Source of the DNA: Candidatus Parcubacteria bacterium
GTDB taxonomy: Bacteria > Patescibacteriota > Minisyncoccia > Phycocordibacterales > Zambryskibacteraceae
Assembly (NCBI GenBank): GCA_019661865.1
Contig: JAIFWJ010000001.1
Span: 110,809-174,808 of the forward strand
DNA length: 64,000 nt
Direction: 5' to 3'
The first letter of the stretch is position 1, and each line of letters begins with the position of its first letter. The notes beneath the pieces are model-generated. The model was given only the letters and a program-made list of their open reading frames with translations, ran no database searches and had not been told where the DNA came from. Positions 9,858-20,777 of the stretch are shown piece by piece. Position numbers and translations under genes: made by a program.

Positions 9858-10811
9858 CTACTCGTGATGTATTAGCCCAGTCCTCTTTCTTACTTCCATC
9901 ATCTTACTATGCACTACCTGGCGCATCTTGTGTCCTGCTTCTACCACAATATCTCGTACCTTATCTCCACTCTCTTCCCATTCCTTCCTTCTCTCGCGCA
10001 TTGGGCCGATAAATGATTTAAGATCCTGAATGAGCGCTTCCTTAAGGTCTTTGTACTTGCCCCTATTCTCCTCGTAGAGTTTATCTAAACTTTCTTTGTC
10101 TCGTATCAGTGAGTGTATGGCGTAGACATTTGTCGGTACTCCCGCACTTGAGTCTGTGACGATACTCATGACAGATTCTTCTATCTCTTTGTCTGTGGCG
10201 AAGAGTGGAATGATGTTCCCGTAACTCTTACTCATCTTCTGTCCATCGGTGCCAGGTACGGTGGCTACATCTTCCAGAATAAGGGGCTCAGGGAGCTTAA
10301 ATGTCTCGCCGAATAATCTATTAAACTTCTCTCCAGTATCTCTGGAAATCTCTAAGTGCTGTTTCTGATCCTTCCCTACTGGTACCACGTCTGCGTCATG
10401 TACCAGTATGTCCGCCGACATAAGAAGTGGGTAATTAAATACTCCTGCGTTTATCTCTTTGTTCTTTGTCTCTGCATCCTTAAAGGCATGGGCGCGTTCA
10501 AGATAAGGTACCGTAGTTATACATTCGAAGATCCATGCCAATTCTGTGACATGCGGCACATCAGACTGAAGGTAAATAGTGGCTCTCTTAGGGTCTAGAC
10601 CGATGCCTAAGTAATCGAGAACTAGATCTTTAGTATTCTTCTCAAGCTCGCTCTTGTCTGTGACAGAAGTAAGAGCGTGGAGGTTCGCTACGAAGATTCT
10701 AGAGTCATATTCATTTTGGAGATCTACGAACTGCTTAAGAGCTCCGAAGTAGTTACCCAAGTGCGGCCTTCCTGTCGGTTTAACCCCAGAAACTAGTATC
10801 TTCTTAGCCAT
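9858..10811 (-). CDS. trpS: Tryptophanyl-tRNA synthetase
   Basis: SGVKPTG, HLGN, YPLLMSADIL, VPVGKDQKQH, KMSKS. Confidence 0.96.
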   Translation of the reverse strand: MAKKILVSGVKPTGRPHLGNYFGALKQFVDLQNEYDSRIFVANLHALTSVTDKSELEKNTKDLVLDYLGIGLDPKRATIYLQSDVPHVTELAWIFECITTVPYLERAHAFKDAETKNKEINAGVFNYPLLMSADILVHDADVVPVGKDQKQHLEISRDTGEKFNRLFGETFKLPEPLILEDVATVPGTDGQKMSKSYGNIIPLFATDKEIEESVMSIVTDSSAGVPTNVYAIHSLIRDKESLDKLYEENRGKYKDLKEALIQDLKSFIGPMRERRKEWEESGDKVRDIVVEAGHKMRQVVHSKMMEVRKRTGLIHHE

Positions 10812-10866
10812 GATATGGGTTTATGGTATCAGGATTGACTCTATCTGCCAATTAAAAAGCCGCTTG

Positions 10867-11373
10867 TTACAGCGGCTTGTCATCCGGCACAATTTGATAC
10901 TCGAATGGCCTTTCGAGTGAGGCCTTGCCCTTGGTGTAGTAGACGTCGCCTTTAATTCTCTGTCCTCTAAATAGCGGTGTCATCCACTCCCTATCTGCTG
11001 GCATCATCTCCTCAAATGGCAAAAACGCCCACGAGAACCAAGTGCCTGGCCCCATCTCATCTGTTTCGGCCAGTTCGCCATTCCACATGCCGTGGTTATC
11101 CTTGTAGCCGAAGAAGACGTGACACTTGAAGATACGCTCACCAGCCTCGAAGAAGTTGATTACAGCAACTCGCTTGAGCTGGTCACGCCTAAGCACTGCT
11201 CCTTGGGTTTCAGCTTTGAACTCGCGTATGGCTGTGTCGAGAATTGTTCTATCTCGCTTAATTCTCTTCCCTCCCCATCCGTTCCATAAACCTGCACCAA
11301 CCTTTCTTTTCTTTCTTGCGAGCCAAACCAAATCCCATTGTCGTGGTATGACAATCGTACATTGTACACACAT
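10867..11373 (-). CDS. Nudix hydrolase, MTH1/8-oxo-dGTPase-like, with degenerate Nudix box
   Basis: GAGLWNGWGGK...AIREFKAET, ETDEM-P-WF, M-PAD-W motifs. Confidence 0.8.
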   Translation of the reverse strand: MCVQCTIVIPRQWDLVWLARKKRKVGAGLWNGWGGKRIKRDRTILDTAIREFKAETQGAVLRRDQLKRVAVINFFEAGERIFKCHVFFGYKDNHGMWNGELAETDEMGPGTWFSWAFLPFEEMMPADREWMTPLFRGQRIKGDVYYTKGKASLERPFEYQIVPDDKPL

Positions 11374-11436
11374 AGAAATACCCTTGTTCTAGGTCTAATT
11401 AATGTTAGCACTAAATGAACCTAAGGGTTATCCACA

Positions 11437-13020
11437 CTAGCTTAATGCTAGTTCTAAGTAGAAAGTTGAGCCTTTTCCCTTCCCTTCTGACTCTGCCCAA
11501 ACCTTACCATTATGTGCTTCTATAACTGCCTTTACGAAAGAGAGCCCGTATCCAGTGCTATTCACATTAACCTTGAGAGAGTCTTTACCTCTTCCACCTT
11601 TAGTAAAGAGTCTTGGTTCATCCTCTGGATCTATACCTACTCCAGTATCTTTGATTGTGAGGAGTGCCTTACCATTATGCTTGTTTAAACTCACCTCCAC
11701 TCTTCCTTCTGGTGTATACGCTATGGAGTTTTCGACCAAGTTCCGCACAACTTCTTTAAGTTGCAGTTTATCTCCTCTAAGCTTGTATCCATCGTCCTCA
11801 GCATTAAATTTAAATTCTAGTCCTTTACTCTTAGCATTCTCACTTTGTGTCTTAATCACATCTTCAACTACGTTTCTAAAGTCTATATCTTCGAAGTTAT
11901 AAATCAGTATGCCACTCTCTGCACTCGATCCCTGAAGTACCTGTCGAACGAAGTCCACACCCTCTGTGAGAGACTTGAGACCTTCCTCAAGCATGGGCTT
12001 AGCTTCAGATTGAACAGCACCATAATCACCACTGAGAAGCTCGCTGAAGATACCTTTAGACTTTGAAAGGTACCCTTTAATCTGATGATTCATTATATGT
12101 ATAAGATTCGTCTGTCCCTCATTAGCAATTTGCAACTGTTCAGTCTGTTGTCTTTCATGAATAAGAGATCTAATTAGTTCAATACTTCCAATAAGAATTA
12201 CAATAAATGCTGTTATGTTTACTGCAACGGCACTAGTAGATTTCGAAAAGATAATATTTGCAAAACTAAAGGTAGTAACAAGAAAAGCGATGAATGTAGC
12301 CGCAGCAAGTTTTAGGTTAAACAGCTTATATTTATAGATAGAATAAGAGGTCAAACCGATAAATGGTAATAAGAATAAAGCTGCAAAAGGTATAAATCCG
12401 GTGTTATTAAATGTAACTGGTAAAACGACATTAAATAAAATAATTAAACACGCAGTTAAAAACATACCAAGGAATACAAATATTGCCTGTTTCTTTAAAA
12501 CACCTACTGCTCTGCTTGCCTTAATAGATAACATGGTTACAGCTGCAAAAAGAAGACCGAAGGCCACTATTCCAAATAAAGCAATTCCCGGTCCCCTTTC
12601 TGGGTTAGTGACCTGGCCGATAGGAGCAACATACATAACGCTGGGGAATACTAATGGGCTTAAAGTTAAAAGTGCAACCAAAATTACAGTTGGAACGATT
12701 ATATATCTATACCATCGTGGAAATTCTAAGTCCTGTTTAGGAAAAACATATGCCAGTTGAAAAAAAAGCAGAGCATGTAAAGAGGAAATAAAAAGATGAA
12801 GTCTTAAGGACCAAAGAATAAGATCGGGCGCGCGAAATTGATATTCAAAATAATTTGAAATACCCCAGATTGCAGTTAGTAATGAAAAAGCGAAAAAGGT
12901 TCTAGTTGTAATACTTTTCCTATCATTTAGGTAGACAATAACTCCTAGTAGGGCAATTGCCGCTGTTGCTATACCAACAGTTAAAAGATCAAAATTTATT
13001 AAAGTTGGATCTAAATTCAT
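11437..13020 (-). CDS. Membrane sensor histidine kinase with multi-TM (7TM-type) N-terminus
   Basis: About 9 hydrophobic helices; H-box MNHQIKGYL, N-box NLVENS, DTGVGI, GYGLSFVK, GKGSTF. Confidence 0.92.
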   Translation of the reverse strand: MNLDPTLINFDLLTVGIATAAIALLGVIVYLNDRKSITTRTFFAFSLLTAIWGISNYFEYQFRAPDLILWSLRLHLFISSLHALLFFQLAYVFPKQDLEFPRWYRYIIVPTVILVALLTLSPLVFPSVMYVAPIGQVTNPERGPGIALFGIVAFGLLFAAVTMLSIKASRAVGVLKKQAIFVFLGMFLTACLIILFNVVLPVTFNNTGFIPFAALFLLPFIGLTSYSIYKYKLFNLKLAAATFIAFLVTTFSFANIIFSKSTSAVAVNITAFIVILIGSIELIRSLIHERQQTEQLQIANEGQTNLIHIMNHQIKGYLSKSKGIFSELLSGDYGAVQSEAKPMLEEGLKSLTEGVDFVRQVLQGSSAESGILIYNFEDIDFRNVVEDVIKTQSENAKSKGLEFKFNAEDDGYKLRGDKLQLKEVVRNLVENSIAYTPEGRVEVSLNKHNGKALLTIKDTGVGIDPEDEPRLFTKGGRGKDSLKVNVNSTGYGLSFVKAVIEAHNGKVWAESEGKGKGSTFYLELALS

Positions 13021-14087
13021 TTAATTTCTGCTACTTCGTTTACATTAAACCTGCTCGAATGGGCGGAGGGAGAATCGGCATGTCCAACCCTGAACATAAA
13101 GGTGATAATTTCCTCGGGCTTAATTTTAAATGCCCTACCTATATTTTCATATGCTTCCTCAATCATTGCAATCTGCTTTGAAGAAAACTTCTCAGTATTT
13201 CCTGCTCTGATTTGATACATAAAAAACAATACTCCAGTTAAAGGCTGCAGACTTAATCCAAGTTTGGTTGAAGTAAGCCATAGTCTTTCTAAAATTCGAC
13301 CAACATTAACGAAGGTTTCTGGTGAGGTACTCTTTATTGTCAAACAACCAAAGGCTCCTGTCTTTGAATTTATCTCACCATTTTGTCTACCTACAGTTTT
13401 GTAGAAACCTATCTTATTTAGAACATTTATTACTGGCCAACTTTTAATTATTTTAAAAAAAATCTTTGCAGGAGAAGGAAGTTCTAAAGTCTCAATGTAA
13501 AATCCAATTTTTTTTCTAGCATCTTCTTCTTTTGTCCAATTTAAGTGGGTAAAAAAGAAATTATGTAAATGCTTATTACTGAACATTACTCTTTCATTTG
13601 TACTCCCAGCATGACCCAAAGTTTTCTTATTATTACTATCTATCGTCATATAAAAACCTATATCCTTGTTATTAAAAATGCCTTTTAGAATATCAATTTC
13701 ATGAGAACTCAGAGGGTCGGTTTTATAAGGTTTTCTATTAGTTGATCTCATACTAATATATTGAAAAAGAGAGTCTTTTTGTGGTGAGGCTGGAGTAAGT
13801 TTAATATGTGCTACATGATTTTTGTTTGTATCAGGAAAAGTATTAACTTCAGGGTTAAATCCAAAATGTTTAGCGGCTATAGTGATATTTTCAATTGCTG
13901 CTCCATTAGCCATATATGAGGCGCACTGTTCCCAGTTGTACAATGATCTGTCTCTATCAGGTAAGTTATATACATCAATCTCATTATCAGACACAATAAA
14001 TCTCCAAGGCTGGGCGTTCTCTCCAGATGGTGCTTTTGTTCCAGCCTCAATTATTTTTTTTATATTCTCATCCATTTTATAATCCAA
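13017..14087 (-). CDS. Nitroreductase-family flavoprotein (tandem-domain, Acg/MoeY C-terminal-like)
   Basis: APSGENAQPWRF, RSTNRKPY, GRILERLWLT-TKLGLSLQP, FRVG motifs. Confidence 0.85.
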   Translation of the reverse strand: MDYKMDENIKKIIEAGTKAPSGENAQPWRFIVSDNEIDVYNLPDRDRSLYNWEQCASYMANGAAIENITIAAKHFGFNPEVNTFPDTNKNHVAHIKLTPASPQKDSLFQYISMRSTNRKPYKTDPLSSHEIDILKGIFNNKDIGFYMTIDSNNKKTLGHAGSTNERVMFSNKHLHNFFFTHLNWTKEEDARKKIGFYIETLELPSPAKIFFKIIKSWPVINVLNKIGFYKTVGRQNGEINSKTGAFGCLTIKSTSPETFVNVGRILERLWLTSTKLGLSLQPLTGVLFFMYQIRAGNTEKFSSKQIAMIEEAYENIGRAFKIKPEEIITFMFRVGHADSPSAHSSRFNVNEVAEIK

Positions 14088-15258
14088 ACATTTTTCTAAA
14101 ATTTTCTGTAATTTCTGCTCTTCTAGAAACTTGATCTGAGTTGTGGTATGTAGGATCGAGCATGCTATCCATATTTACAAGAGATCTGTTCGATTCCAGT
14201 GGCTGATTATTTAGTACTTTTCTTACTCCATACGCTACAGCGGCTCCATTGAGTAGGGCTGCACCTCCTAATTGTGGCCAAGAGACGATTGTTTTTCCCG
14301 TCTCAAGTAAAGAGCCTTGCATTCTTTCAGTAACGTTCTCAGGGCCAACTAGTTGTGTGATAGTCTTTCCAATACCAAATTTGTCCAGATTTTTAAACAT
14401 TTCTAAAGTCACTTCTCCCAATCGGCCATGAAAGAAAGGTGTGTTTGGATCTATGTCATATCTTTCAATATCTACCACTCCATTATCACCATTATCAGCA
14501 GCTTGAAGCAGAGCGATTCCATGCTTTTTACATTGTTCGCGAATTAAATATTTTATTGGAAAGCTATCTAACTCATCGATCATAATGTCCAGACCGTCAA
14601 AAAACTTATCAATGTTATTTTCTTGAAGACCCTCTGGAAAAGTTTCAACTTCAGCATAAGGGTTTATTTGGTAAATTAACCTAGATGCCATATCAACCTT
14701 AAGAATTCCTAAATTTTCAGCTCCAGAAAGTATTCTATTAGTATTGGACAAGGCTAATTTATCCATATCAGCTAGCTTCATCCTTTTTGGCCCGCCCTGA
14801 AGTACTAGAGCGTAAGCAATGTTTGAGCCAACACTTAATCCGCCAATGCCAACTGTTGCGTTATAAAAATTCTTTTGTTCCTCTAAGTTTATGAGATTTC
14901 TATTGCGATTTGTTCGAACAAGCCAAAAGTCTTCTTCCGGGAGGATGTGAACCAGTGTGGAGTTCCAAGGGAAATAAACCCATTTGCCATGTTGCCAAGG
15001 AGGAGCTTCTTTTTTTAAACTTTCGAAGTATTTACTGAATTCCTCTTTATATGTGAGAGTATAAACTTGAGATGGGTTTTTAACTCCAAAAAGCTCAAGA
15101 TGTTGTTCCTCAAAATCATCAGATACATGTTGGATTCGCTTTTCAGATAACAATTTTTCAACCTTGTTCTGATCTGATTTATGTGAAAGATCAAAAATTA
15201 TAGGTTTCGAAATAACCTTATCATTTGAAATCGACTCTAGGGCTTTTTCTAAGCTCAT
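14077..15258 (-). CDS. ThiF-family adenylyltransferase (Rv1355c/MoeY N-terminal type)
   Basis: WVYFPW, RTNRNRNLI-EEQ, VGIGGLSVG, LADMD-L-LSN-NR, DELD, DIERYD, SWPQL. Confidence 0.88.
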   Translation of the reverse strand: MSLEKALESISNDKVISKPIIFDLSHKSDQNKVEKLLSEKRIQHVSDDFEEQHLELFGVKNPSQVYTLTYKEEFSKYFESLKKEAPPWQHGKWVYFPWNSTLVHILPEEDFWLVRTNRNRNLINLEEQKNFYNATVGIGGLSVGSNIAYALVLQGGPKRMKLADMDKLALSNTNRILSGAENLGILKVDMASRLIYQINPYAEVETFPEGLQENNIDKFFDGLDIMIDELDSFPIKYLIREQCKKHGIALLQAADNGDNGVVDIERYDIDPNTPFFHGRLGEVTLEMFKNLDKFGIGKTITQLVGPENVTERMQGSLLETGKTIVSWPQLGGAALLNGAAVAYGVRKVLNNQPLESNRSLVNMDSMLDPTYHNSDQVSRRAEITENFRKMFGL

Positions 15259-15312
15259 TTAAGTATTAAAAGTATAGCAAGGTGATGTTGTATAACAATG
15301 GAGATCTATCTA

Positions 15313-15340
15313 TTGACAATATGCAAATTTGGTGTATTAT
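15313..15340 (+). promoter_or_regulatory. Sigma70 promoter
   Basis: TTGACA-N16-TATTAT upstream of the 15376 ORF. Confidence 0.7.
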
Positions 15341-15375
15341 TATGTAAGTAACTGACCTTTCAATCGTGAGGAAAT

Positions 15376-15837
15376 ATGCTCAGAATCAATGCGATCTTCG
15401 TCTGCCCGACATTAGCGCTTCGCAATGCCTTGATAAAGGTTATCAGCGAAACTGGGGGTCCAACGCCTGTGCTAAGGAGCGACACTGTCTCGGCACAACG
15501 GGCACACTATCTACCAGTGGAATCTAGTACCATAATCAATCACCCAGAACCAATGATGGTCTCGGCTCTGGGCCAGCACTGTGCGTGTATTGCAATAGAG
15601 ACCGCTGATCGCTGGGCGGCAGCCGAAAAGGCTGCGGCCATTTTCAGATCAGAAGGTATTGAGGCTAGTGCACGTCATGATATTCAACCTGAATTCCCGA
15701 AAGGATTGCTGAGCTTCGTGGTGGTACCAGCACTCGAGGGAATTACACTGATGTACTGGCCCCGGCCAGAAGATCTAACACCGGATGTCATCGCGGCATT
15801 ACCGAGTCGTATTCCTTGGGAACGGCCTAGCGCTTAA
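15376..15837 (+). CDS. Hypothetical protein inside the AT-rich island
   Basis: 153-aa ORF with own promoter and GAGG SD; higher GC than flanks; stop shares TTAA with the convergent gene. Confidence 0.7.
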   Translation: MLRINAIFVCPTLALRNALIKVISETGGPTPVLRSDTVSAQRAHYLPVESSTIINHPEPMMVSALGQHCACIAIETADRWAAAEKAAAIFRSEGIEASARHDIQPEFPKGLLSFVVVPALEGITLMYWPRPEDLTPDVIAALPSRIPWERPSA

Positions 15838-17336
15838 TTGCGCTGGGCTGTTTTGTTTCTTACCCACTTCTGTTTAGTGCCGGGTTTAAAGTAAGTGGGA
15901 TGTTCATATGGCCAAAAGACTATTTGGGGGGTGATGCGATCTTTAATTGTTGCTGATAGATAATGATATTCTGTACTCTTCTCCATTAATGCATCAAACA
16001 CTGCGCTTGTGACAAGTTTTTTGATATTCGGATCCTGCTCAACTCCAGGTCTTAATTCTATATTTAGCTCTAAATACTCGTTCTGTTCATTGTTGTGTTC
16101 AGTAAATAGAGTAAATTTACCAGTTATGTAATCCTCTAAAACAGGATGCTCTAGTCCAGCCTTAACATATTCAGGATAAATTATTGCACCATATAACTTA
16201 GTGGAAAGATCAGTTCTCTCGTAGATATACACAAATGGAAGTTCAGTTATGGTTTTTCTTATACCGGCTTTCTGAATTTCTTTCTCGAGATCGTAACCAT
16301 TTTGCTTAAAAATTGCCTTTATATCATCGAATGTATGTACTCCACCATTGTCCCCTATCTCATATCTGACAAGAGGTAATGCGCTCATCCCACTGACTAG
16401 AATTTTTTTGTTCTGTGATTCAAAGTTTGTAAAATCAGGGTTAAATTGAGCCAGAGTTGGAAGTCGGGTCGCATCTATGAAGAGATCTTTGTAAAGTTTT
16501 TTATTTTTAAGTGCAATCCTTCTAATTAAAATAGATAGTGGGGTCTCTTCTGCCATAGTTCCCAAATCTGCGCTACCGTATATATTCATTGTATCCCTAT
16601 AAATATTTTTGATGCCAGTCTTCTTGGCTATGTAATCTCGAAATTTCTCGGAGAAAGCTTCCGCAGCAAACACAACTTTTAAATCAAAATCTTTCCAATT
16701 GACTTCATTATTTTTTCCTTCGTCTATTACATCTTTGAGAAATGGTGGGTAACCACAAAGAATGACTTGATCAAATTTTGGAGCAATATTTCTCATTGCT
16801 TCAAAAATTTCTTTTTTATTTACACCTGGAGTAAGGATAGAGAATGGATAGCCAGCATCAGATAGATATCTAAATGCCTGATATGTGATAACTCCACCAA
16901 TCCAAACACCCATTCCGAAGCCAACAATTACTAATGTAGATTTATCTTTTTTAAGCCCGCTCGATTTAATAAATAATTCATGTAAGACTGCAGATTGAAA
17001 ATCCACGTCCTTGCTTCTTGGGAAATAGAACGGTGCACCAGTAGATCCAGAGGTGCTTGTAAAAACCATTGGTTGAGACAGTGTACCTTTGAGACAAAGA
17101 TCCTGAAGCTGGTTTCCTTTTAAATATTCAGATCGAGTAACAGAAGGAAGGTTTTTGAAATCATCAAAATTTCTGATCTTTTTTGGATCAATTCCTTTTT
17201 TGGTCAGAAAATCTTTATAGGCGGGCACCTGCTTGGAACACAGGTTGAAGAGCTCAAGTAGTTTTTTTTCGCTCTCTTTTTTCCAATAATTGCTTTTCTT
17301 ACTTTTTATCGAATTTATTACCTTTCCAGAGTTCAT
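15834..17336 (-). CDS. Phenylacetate-CoA ligase-like (PaaK/F390 synthetase family) ANL adenylate-forming enzyme
   Basis: VPAY, TSGSTG-P P-loop, YGSAD, PLVRYEIGD, ERTD, IYPE motifs. Confidence 0.85.
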   Translation of the reverse strand: MNSGKVINSIKSKKSNYWKKESEKKLLELFNLCSKQVPAYKDFLTKKGIDPKKIRNFDDFKNLPSVTRSEYLKGNQLQDLCLKGTLSQPMVFTSTSGSTGAPFYFPRSKDVDFQSAVLHELFIKSSGLKKDKSTLVIVGFGMGVWIGGVITYQAFRYLSDAGYPFSILTPGVNKKEIFEAMRNIAPKFDQVILCGYPPFLKDVIDEGKNNEVNWKDFDLKVVFAAEAFSEKFRDYIAKKTGIKNIYRDTMNIYGSADLGTMAEETPLSILIRRIALKNKKLYKDLFIDATRLPTLAQFNPDFTNFESQNKKILVSGMSALPLVRYEIGDNGGVHTFDDIKAIFKQNGYDLEKEIQKAGIRKTITELPFVYIYERTDLSTKLYGAIIYPEYVKAGLEHPVLEDYITGKFTLFTEHNNEQNEYLELNIELRPGVEQDPNIKKLVTSAVFDALMEKSTEYHYLSATIKDRITPQIVFWPYEHPTYFKPGTKQKWVRNKTAQRN

Positions 17337-17416
17337 GTATCCTGCTAAACCTGTGTTTATTAGACGACAATATTATACCAGAAATGTGGGCAAAGCGCTA
17401 GTGGCTGGGGATAACG

Positions 17417-18283
17417 TTAAAACCCTTGGCTTTTGAGCTCCTCGACCGCTTTTTTAGCCTCTCGGGAGAGTTTTTCTGGGAGTTTTACAGTGATGCGGAC
17501 ATATAAGTCCCCTCTCCTGTCCTTGGCACTGCCAGAGAATGGCACACCCTTATTCTTAACGCGTAAGATGGTGCCAGAGTTCGTGCCCTGGGGGACTCTA
17601 AGGAGTATTTCCCCATCGAGGGTAGCAATGTGCTTCTCTACCCCGAGGAGAGCCTCAGAGAGCTTCAGAGTCATATCCATGATGAGGTTGTATCCCTCTT
17701 TTCTGAAGGTTGGATGGCGGCGAACATGTACCTTTATAAAGAGGTCTCCAGGCATACCACCCTCTATAGTCTCACCCATGCCGCTCATACGGATCATCTG
17801 ACCATCATCTATACCCGGCGGCACTTGAATCTTCACTTCCTTCTGCTTCACAAGGCGACTATTTATAACTACCTTGCGCTCTGTGCCGAATATGGATTCT
17901 TGAAATGAGAGCTCAATGTCTACGGCAATATCTCTACCACGACGCACACGTTTTCCGCCGAATATAGATGAGAGTATGTCGCTCAGATCTCCGGGGTCGA
18001 AGCCCTGGCCCGAGAAGTTTGAGAAGTCGAAGCCGAAGTCCGATGGATTGAACCCGCCTTGGAACCCACTGTTTGCATCTGCTGAGCCGAAGGTGTCATA
18101 CTGCTGCCTCTTCTTTTTGTCTCCTAATACTGAGTAGGCCTCATTGACCTCCTTGAACTTAGCTTCGTTCCCAGTCTTCTTGTCTGGGTGATACTCGTGA
18201 GCAAGCTTTCTGAAAGCTTTTTTTATATCGTCCTCACTTGCCCCTTTAGGAACTCCTAGAATTTTGTAATAATCTTTCGCCAT
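17417..18283 (-). CDS. dnaJ: DnaJ chaperone (no zinc-finger region)
   Basis: KDYY-ILGV, HPD, G/F-rich linker, GDL C-terminal repeats; next to dnaK. Confidence 0.92.
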   Translation of the reverse strand: MAKDYYKILGVPKGASEDDIKKAFRKLAHEYHPDKKTGNEAKFKEVNEAYSVLGDKKKRQQYDTFGSADANSGFQGGFNPSDFGFDFSNFSGQGFDPGDLSDILSSIFGGKRVRRGRDIAVDIELSFQESIFGTERKVVINSRLVKQKEVKIQVPPGIDDGQMIRMSGMGETIEGGMPGDLFIKVHVRRHPTFRKEGYNLIMDMTLKLSEALLGVEKHIATLDGEILLRVPQGTNSGTILRVKNKGVPFSGSAKDRRGDLYVRITVKLPEKLSREAKKAVEELKSQGF

Positions 18284-18308
18284 GTGATTAGCTTATAGGT
18301 TCTTGGTA

Positions 18309-20231
18309 CTAGCTGCTAGCTCCACTAGTATCATTGTTCTCGTCCTTAAAGTCTGCGTCTTTAACATCTGGATTTGTATTTTGTTGTGAATTGTCAGACG
18401 GTTGCTGTTTATTTAGGTATTCACCGATCTTCTGGATTTCTGCAGATAGAGCTTCTGTAGCACTTTTTATAGACTCAAGTGTGCCACTGTCCTTCTTTTT
18501 CCTTAGAGCTTCAATCTTCTGATTCACACCTGATTTGATGTCATCTGGAATGCTGGGAACGCCTGACTGCGCAGGCAGGTCCTTAAGAGCTTTTTCTGAT
18601 GTATATATGAGTTGTTCTGCATTATTCTTCGCATCGACAAGTGCTTTTTTCTTCTCGTCTTCTCCAGCATTCATTGCAGCTTCCTTCTGCATCTTATCAA
18701 TGTCTTCCTTAGAGAGACCAGAGCTCGCCTCTATGCGTATGGACTGCTCCTTGTTGGTGGTCTTGTCCTTGGCCTTCACGTTCAAGATACCGTTCGAGTC
18801 TACGTCGAATGTTACTTCTACTTGTGGCATGCCACGTGGTGCTGGAGGTATGCCGTCTAAGATAAATCTGCCTAAAGACTTATTATCTCCCGCCATGGCT
18901 CGCTCACCTTGGACAATATGGATCTCTACAGAAGTTTGGTTATCTCCTGCAGTAGAAAATGTTTGTGACTTGGCTGTTGGGATTGTGGAGTTCTTTTCAA
19001 TAAGCTTAGTGGCTACTCCACCAAGAGTTTCAATACCAAGTGAGAGAGGTATAACATCAAGAAGTAGAATGTCCTTCACATCACCAGCCAGCACTCCTCC
19101 CTGTACAGCGGCACCAAGAGCCACCACTTCATCAGGGTTAATGGACTTGTTGGGCTCCTTGCCGAAGAACTTCTTCACTGCATCTGCTATAGCTGGCATA
19201 CGTGTCTGACCTCCTACGAGCACTACTTCCTGAATTTCCCCAACTTGGAATGGTGATGCTTCCATGGCCCGCTTGGTGATAGACATAGCACGCTCGATGA
19301 ACTCACTTGAAAGCTCTTCAAGCTTGGCTCGAGAGAGTTTAAGAAGTAAGTGCCTTGGTCCCGATGCGTCGGAAGTTATATATGGAATATTTATTTCAGT
19401 CTCTGTAGCTGTAGAGAGTTCGATCTTGGCCTTCTCTGCAGCTTCATCGAGACGCTGAAGTGCCAGTGCATCACTACGCACATCTATGCCACTTTCTTTT
19501 TTAAACTCTTCTGCGATCCAACCGATAATCTTCTGATCAATATCTTTACCGCCTAAGTGGGAGTCGCCATCTGTGGAACGCACTTCTATGGACTGCTGAC
19601 CATCTACATCAGCAACTTCAAGTATGGAGATGTCGAAGGTACCTCCTCCGAAGTCAAATACTGCTATCTTCTCGTTCTTCTTTTTATTGAAACCATATGC
19701 AAGAGCTGCTGCTGTGGGCTCGTTTATAATACGCTTCACATCGAGACCTGCTATCTGTCCTGCATCCTTGGTGGCCTTTCTCTGCGCATCGTTAAAGTAT
19801 GCTGGCACAGTGATAACAGCCTCAGTGATCTTCTCACCTAGCTTGGCCTCTGCGTCGGTCTTAAGCTTCTGTAAGATCTGCGCCGAAATCTCTTCTGGTC
19901 TATAGTCTCTGTCCCCCATATGGACTAGTACACCTCCATCTGGTCCTGGCTTTACTTGGTATGGTACTGCAATAGTGTCCTTCTGTACTGCTGGATCGGA
20001 GAAACTATGTCCAATAAAACGCTTGATACCGAAGATTGTGTTCCTCGGGTTGGTCACTGCCTGACGCTTGGCTAGGAGTCCCACTAGGCGCTCACCAGTT
20101 TTAGAGACAGCCACAATAGAGGGAGTTGTGCGTGCTCCTTCTGCATTCTCAATGATGCGAGGACTACCCACTTCCATCACTGCCACTGCCGAGAAAGTTG
20201 TACCTAAATCGATACCAATTATTTTGGCCAT
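18309..20231 (-). CDS. dnaK: Chaperone DnaK
   Basis: [36 protein letters not shown]. Confidence 0.98.
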   Translation of the reverse strand: MAKIIGIDLGTTFSAVAVMEVGSPRIIENAEGARTTPSIVAVSKTGERLVGLLAKRQAVTNPRNTIFGIKRFIGHSFSDPAVQKDTIAVPYQVKPGPDGGVLVHMGDRDYRPEEISAQILQKLKTDAEAKLGEKITEAVITVPAYFNDAQRKATKDAGQIAGLDVKRIINEPTAAALAYGFNKKKNEKIAVFDFGGGTFDISILEVADVDGQQSIEVRSTDGDSHLGGKDIDQKIIGWIAEEFKKESGIDVRSDALALQRLDEAAEKAKIELSTATETEINIPYITSDASGPRHLLLKLSRAKLEELSSEFIERAMSITKRAMEASPFQVGEIQEVVLVGGQTRMPAIADAVKKFFGKEPNKSINPDEVVALGAAVQGGVLAGDVKDILLLDVIPLSLGIETLGGVATKLIEKNSTIPTAKSQTFSTAGDNQTSVEIHIVQGERAMAGDNKSLGRFILDGIPPAPRGMPQVEVTFDVDSNGILNVKAKDKTTNKEQSIRIEASSGLSKEDIDKMQKEAAMNAGEDEKKKALVDAKNNAEQLIYTSEKALKDLPAQSGVPSIPDDIKSGVNQKIEALRKKKDSGTLESIKSATEALSAEIQKIGEYLNKQQPSDNSQQNTNPDVKDADFKDENNDTSGASS

Positions 20232-20237
20232 ATGAGT

Positions 20238-20777
20238 TTAGTTAGAGTTAATAAATTCCCCAATCCTTACCTTGGCAGGTCGGATTATTTTCCCAGATAG
20301 TATATAACCTTTACTTAGAACTTCAAGAACCTTGTGATCGTCATTCTTATTTTCTGTCGGAGTGGATCCAATTGCTTCATGCCTAGAGGGGTCAAATTTT
20401 TCGCCCTTCGGATCGAACTCTTCTAGTCCATGTTCTCTTAGCACTTTAATAAATTGATTATAAATTGGAAGTATATCTTTATGTCCATGTGTGAGTGCCA
20501 TATCGAAGCTGTCCAAGACTGGTACCAAGTCTTCTACTAAGCCTTCCACAGCATACTTCATGAAGTGGGCTCGGTCAGCCTCGTCGCGCCTACGAGCATT
20601 TATGAAGTCTGCTTGAGCTCGCTCATGTGATTCCCGGACTTCCTTGGCTGCCTTCTCCGCTTCCTTTACTCTCGCCCGGAGCTTCTTTATAGCCTCTAGC
20701 TGGTTCTCTTCTGCCACTACTGAGTCATCGAGATCGGCATGAGAGCTGTCGAATACAATGTCGTCTTCCTCTGCCAT
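20238..20777 (-). CDS. grpE: Nucleotide exchange factor GrpE
   Basis: ADF-N-RRR, FDP-HEA, GY-IIRPAKV. Confidence 0.95.
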   Translation of the reverse strand: MAEEDDIVFDSSHADLDDSVVAEENQLEAIKKLRARVKEAEKAAKEVRESHERAQADFINARRRDEADRAHFMKYAVEGLVEDLVPVLDSFDMALTHGHKDILPIYNQFIKVLREHGLEEFDPKGEKFDPSRHEAIGSTPTENKNDDHKVLEVLSKGYILSGKIIRPAKVRIGEFINSN

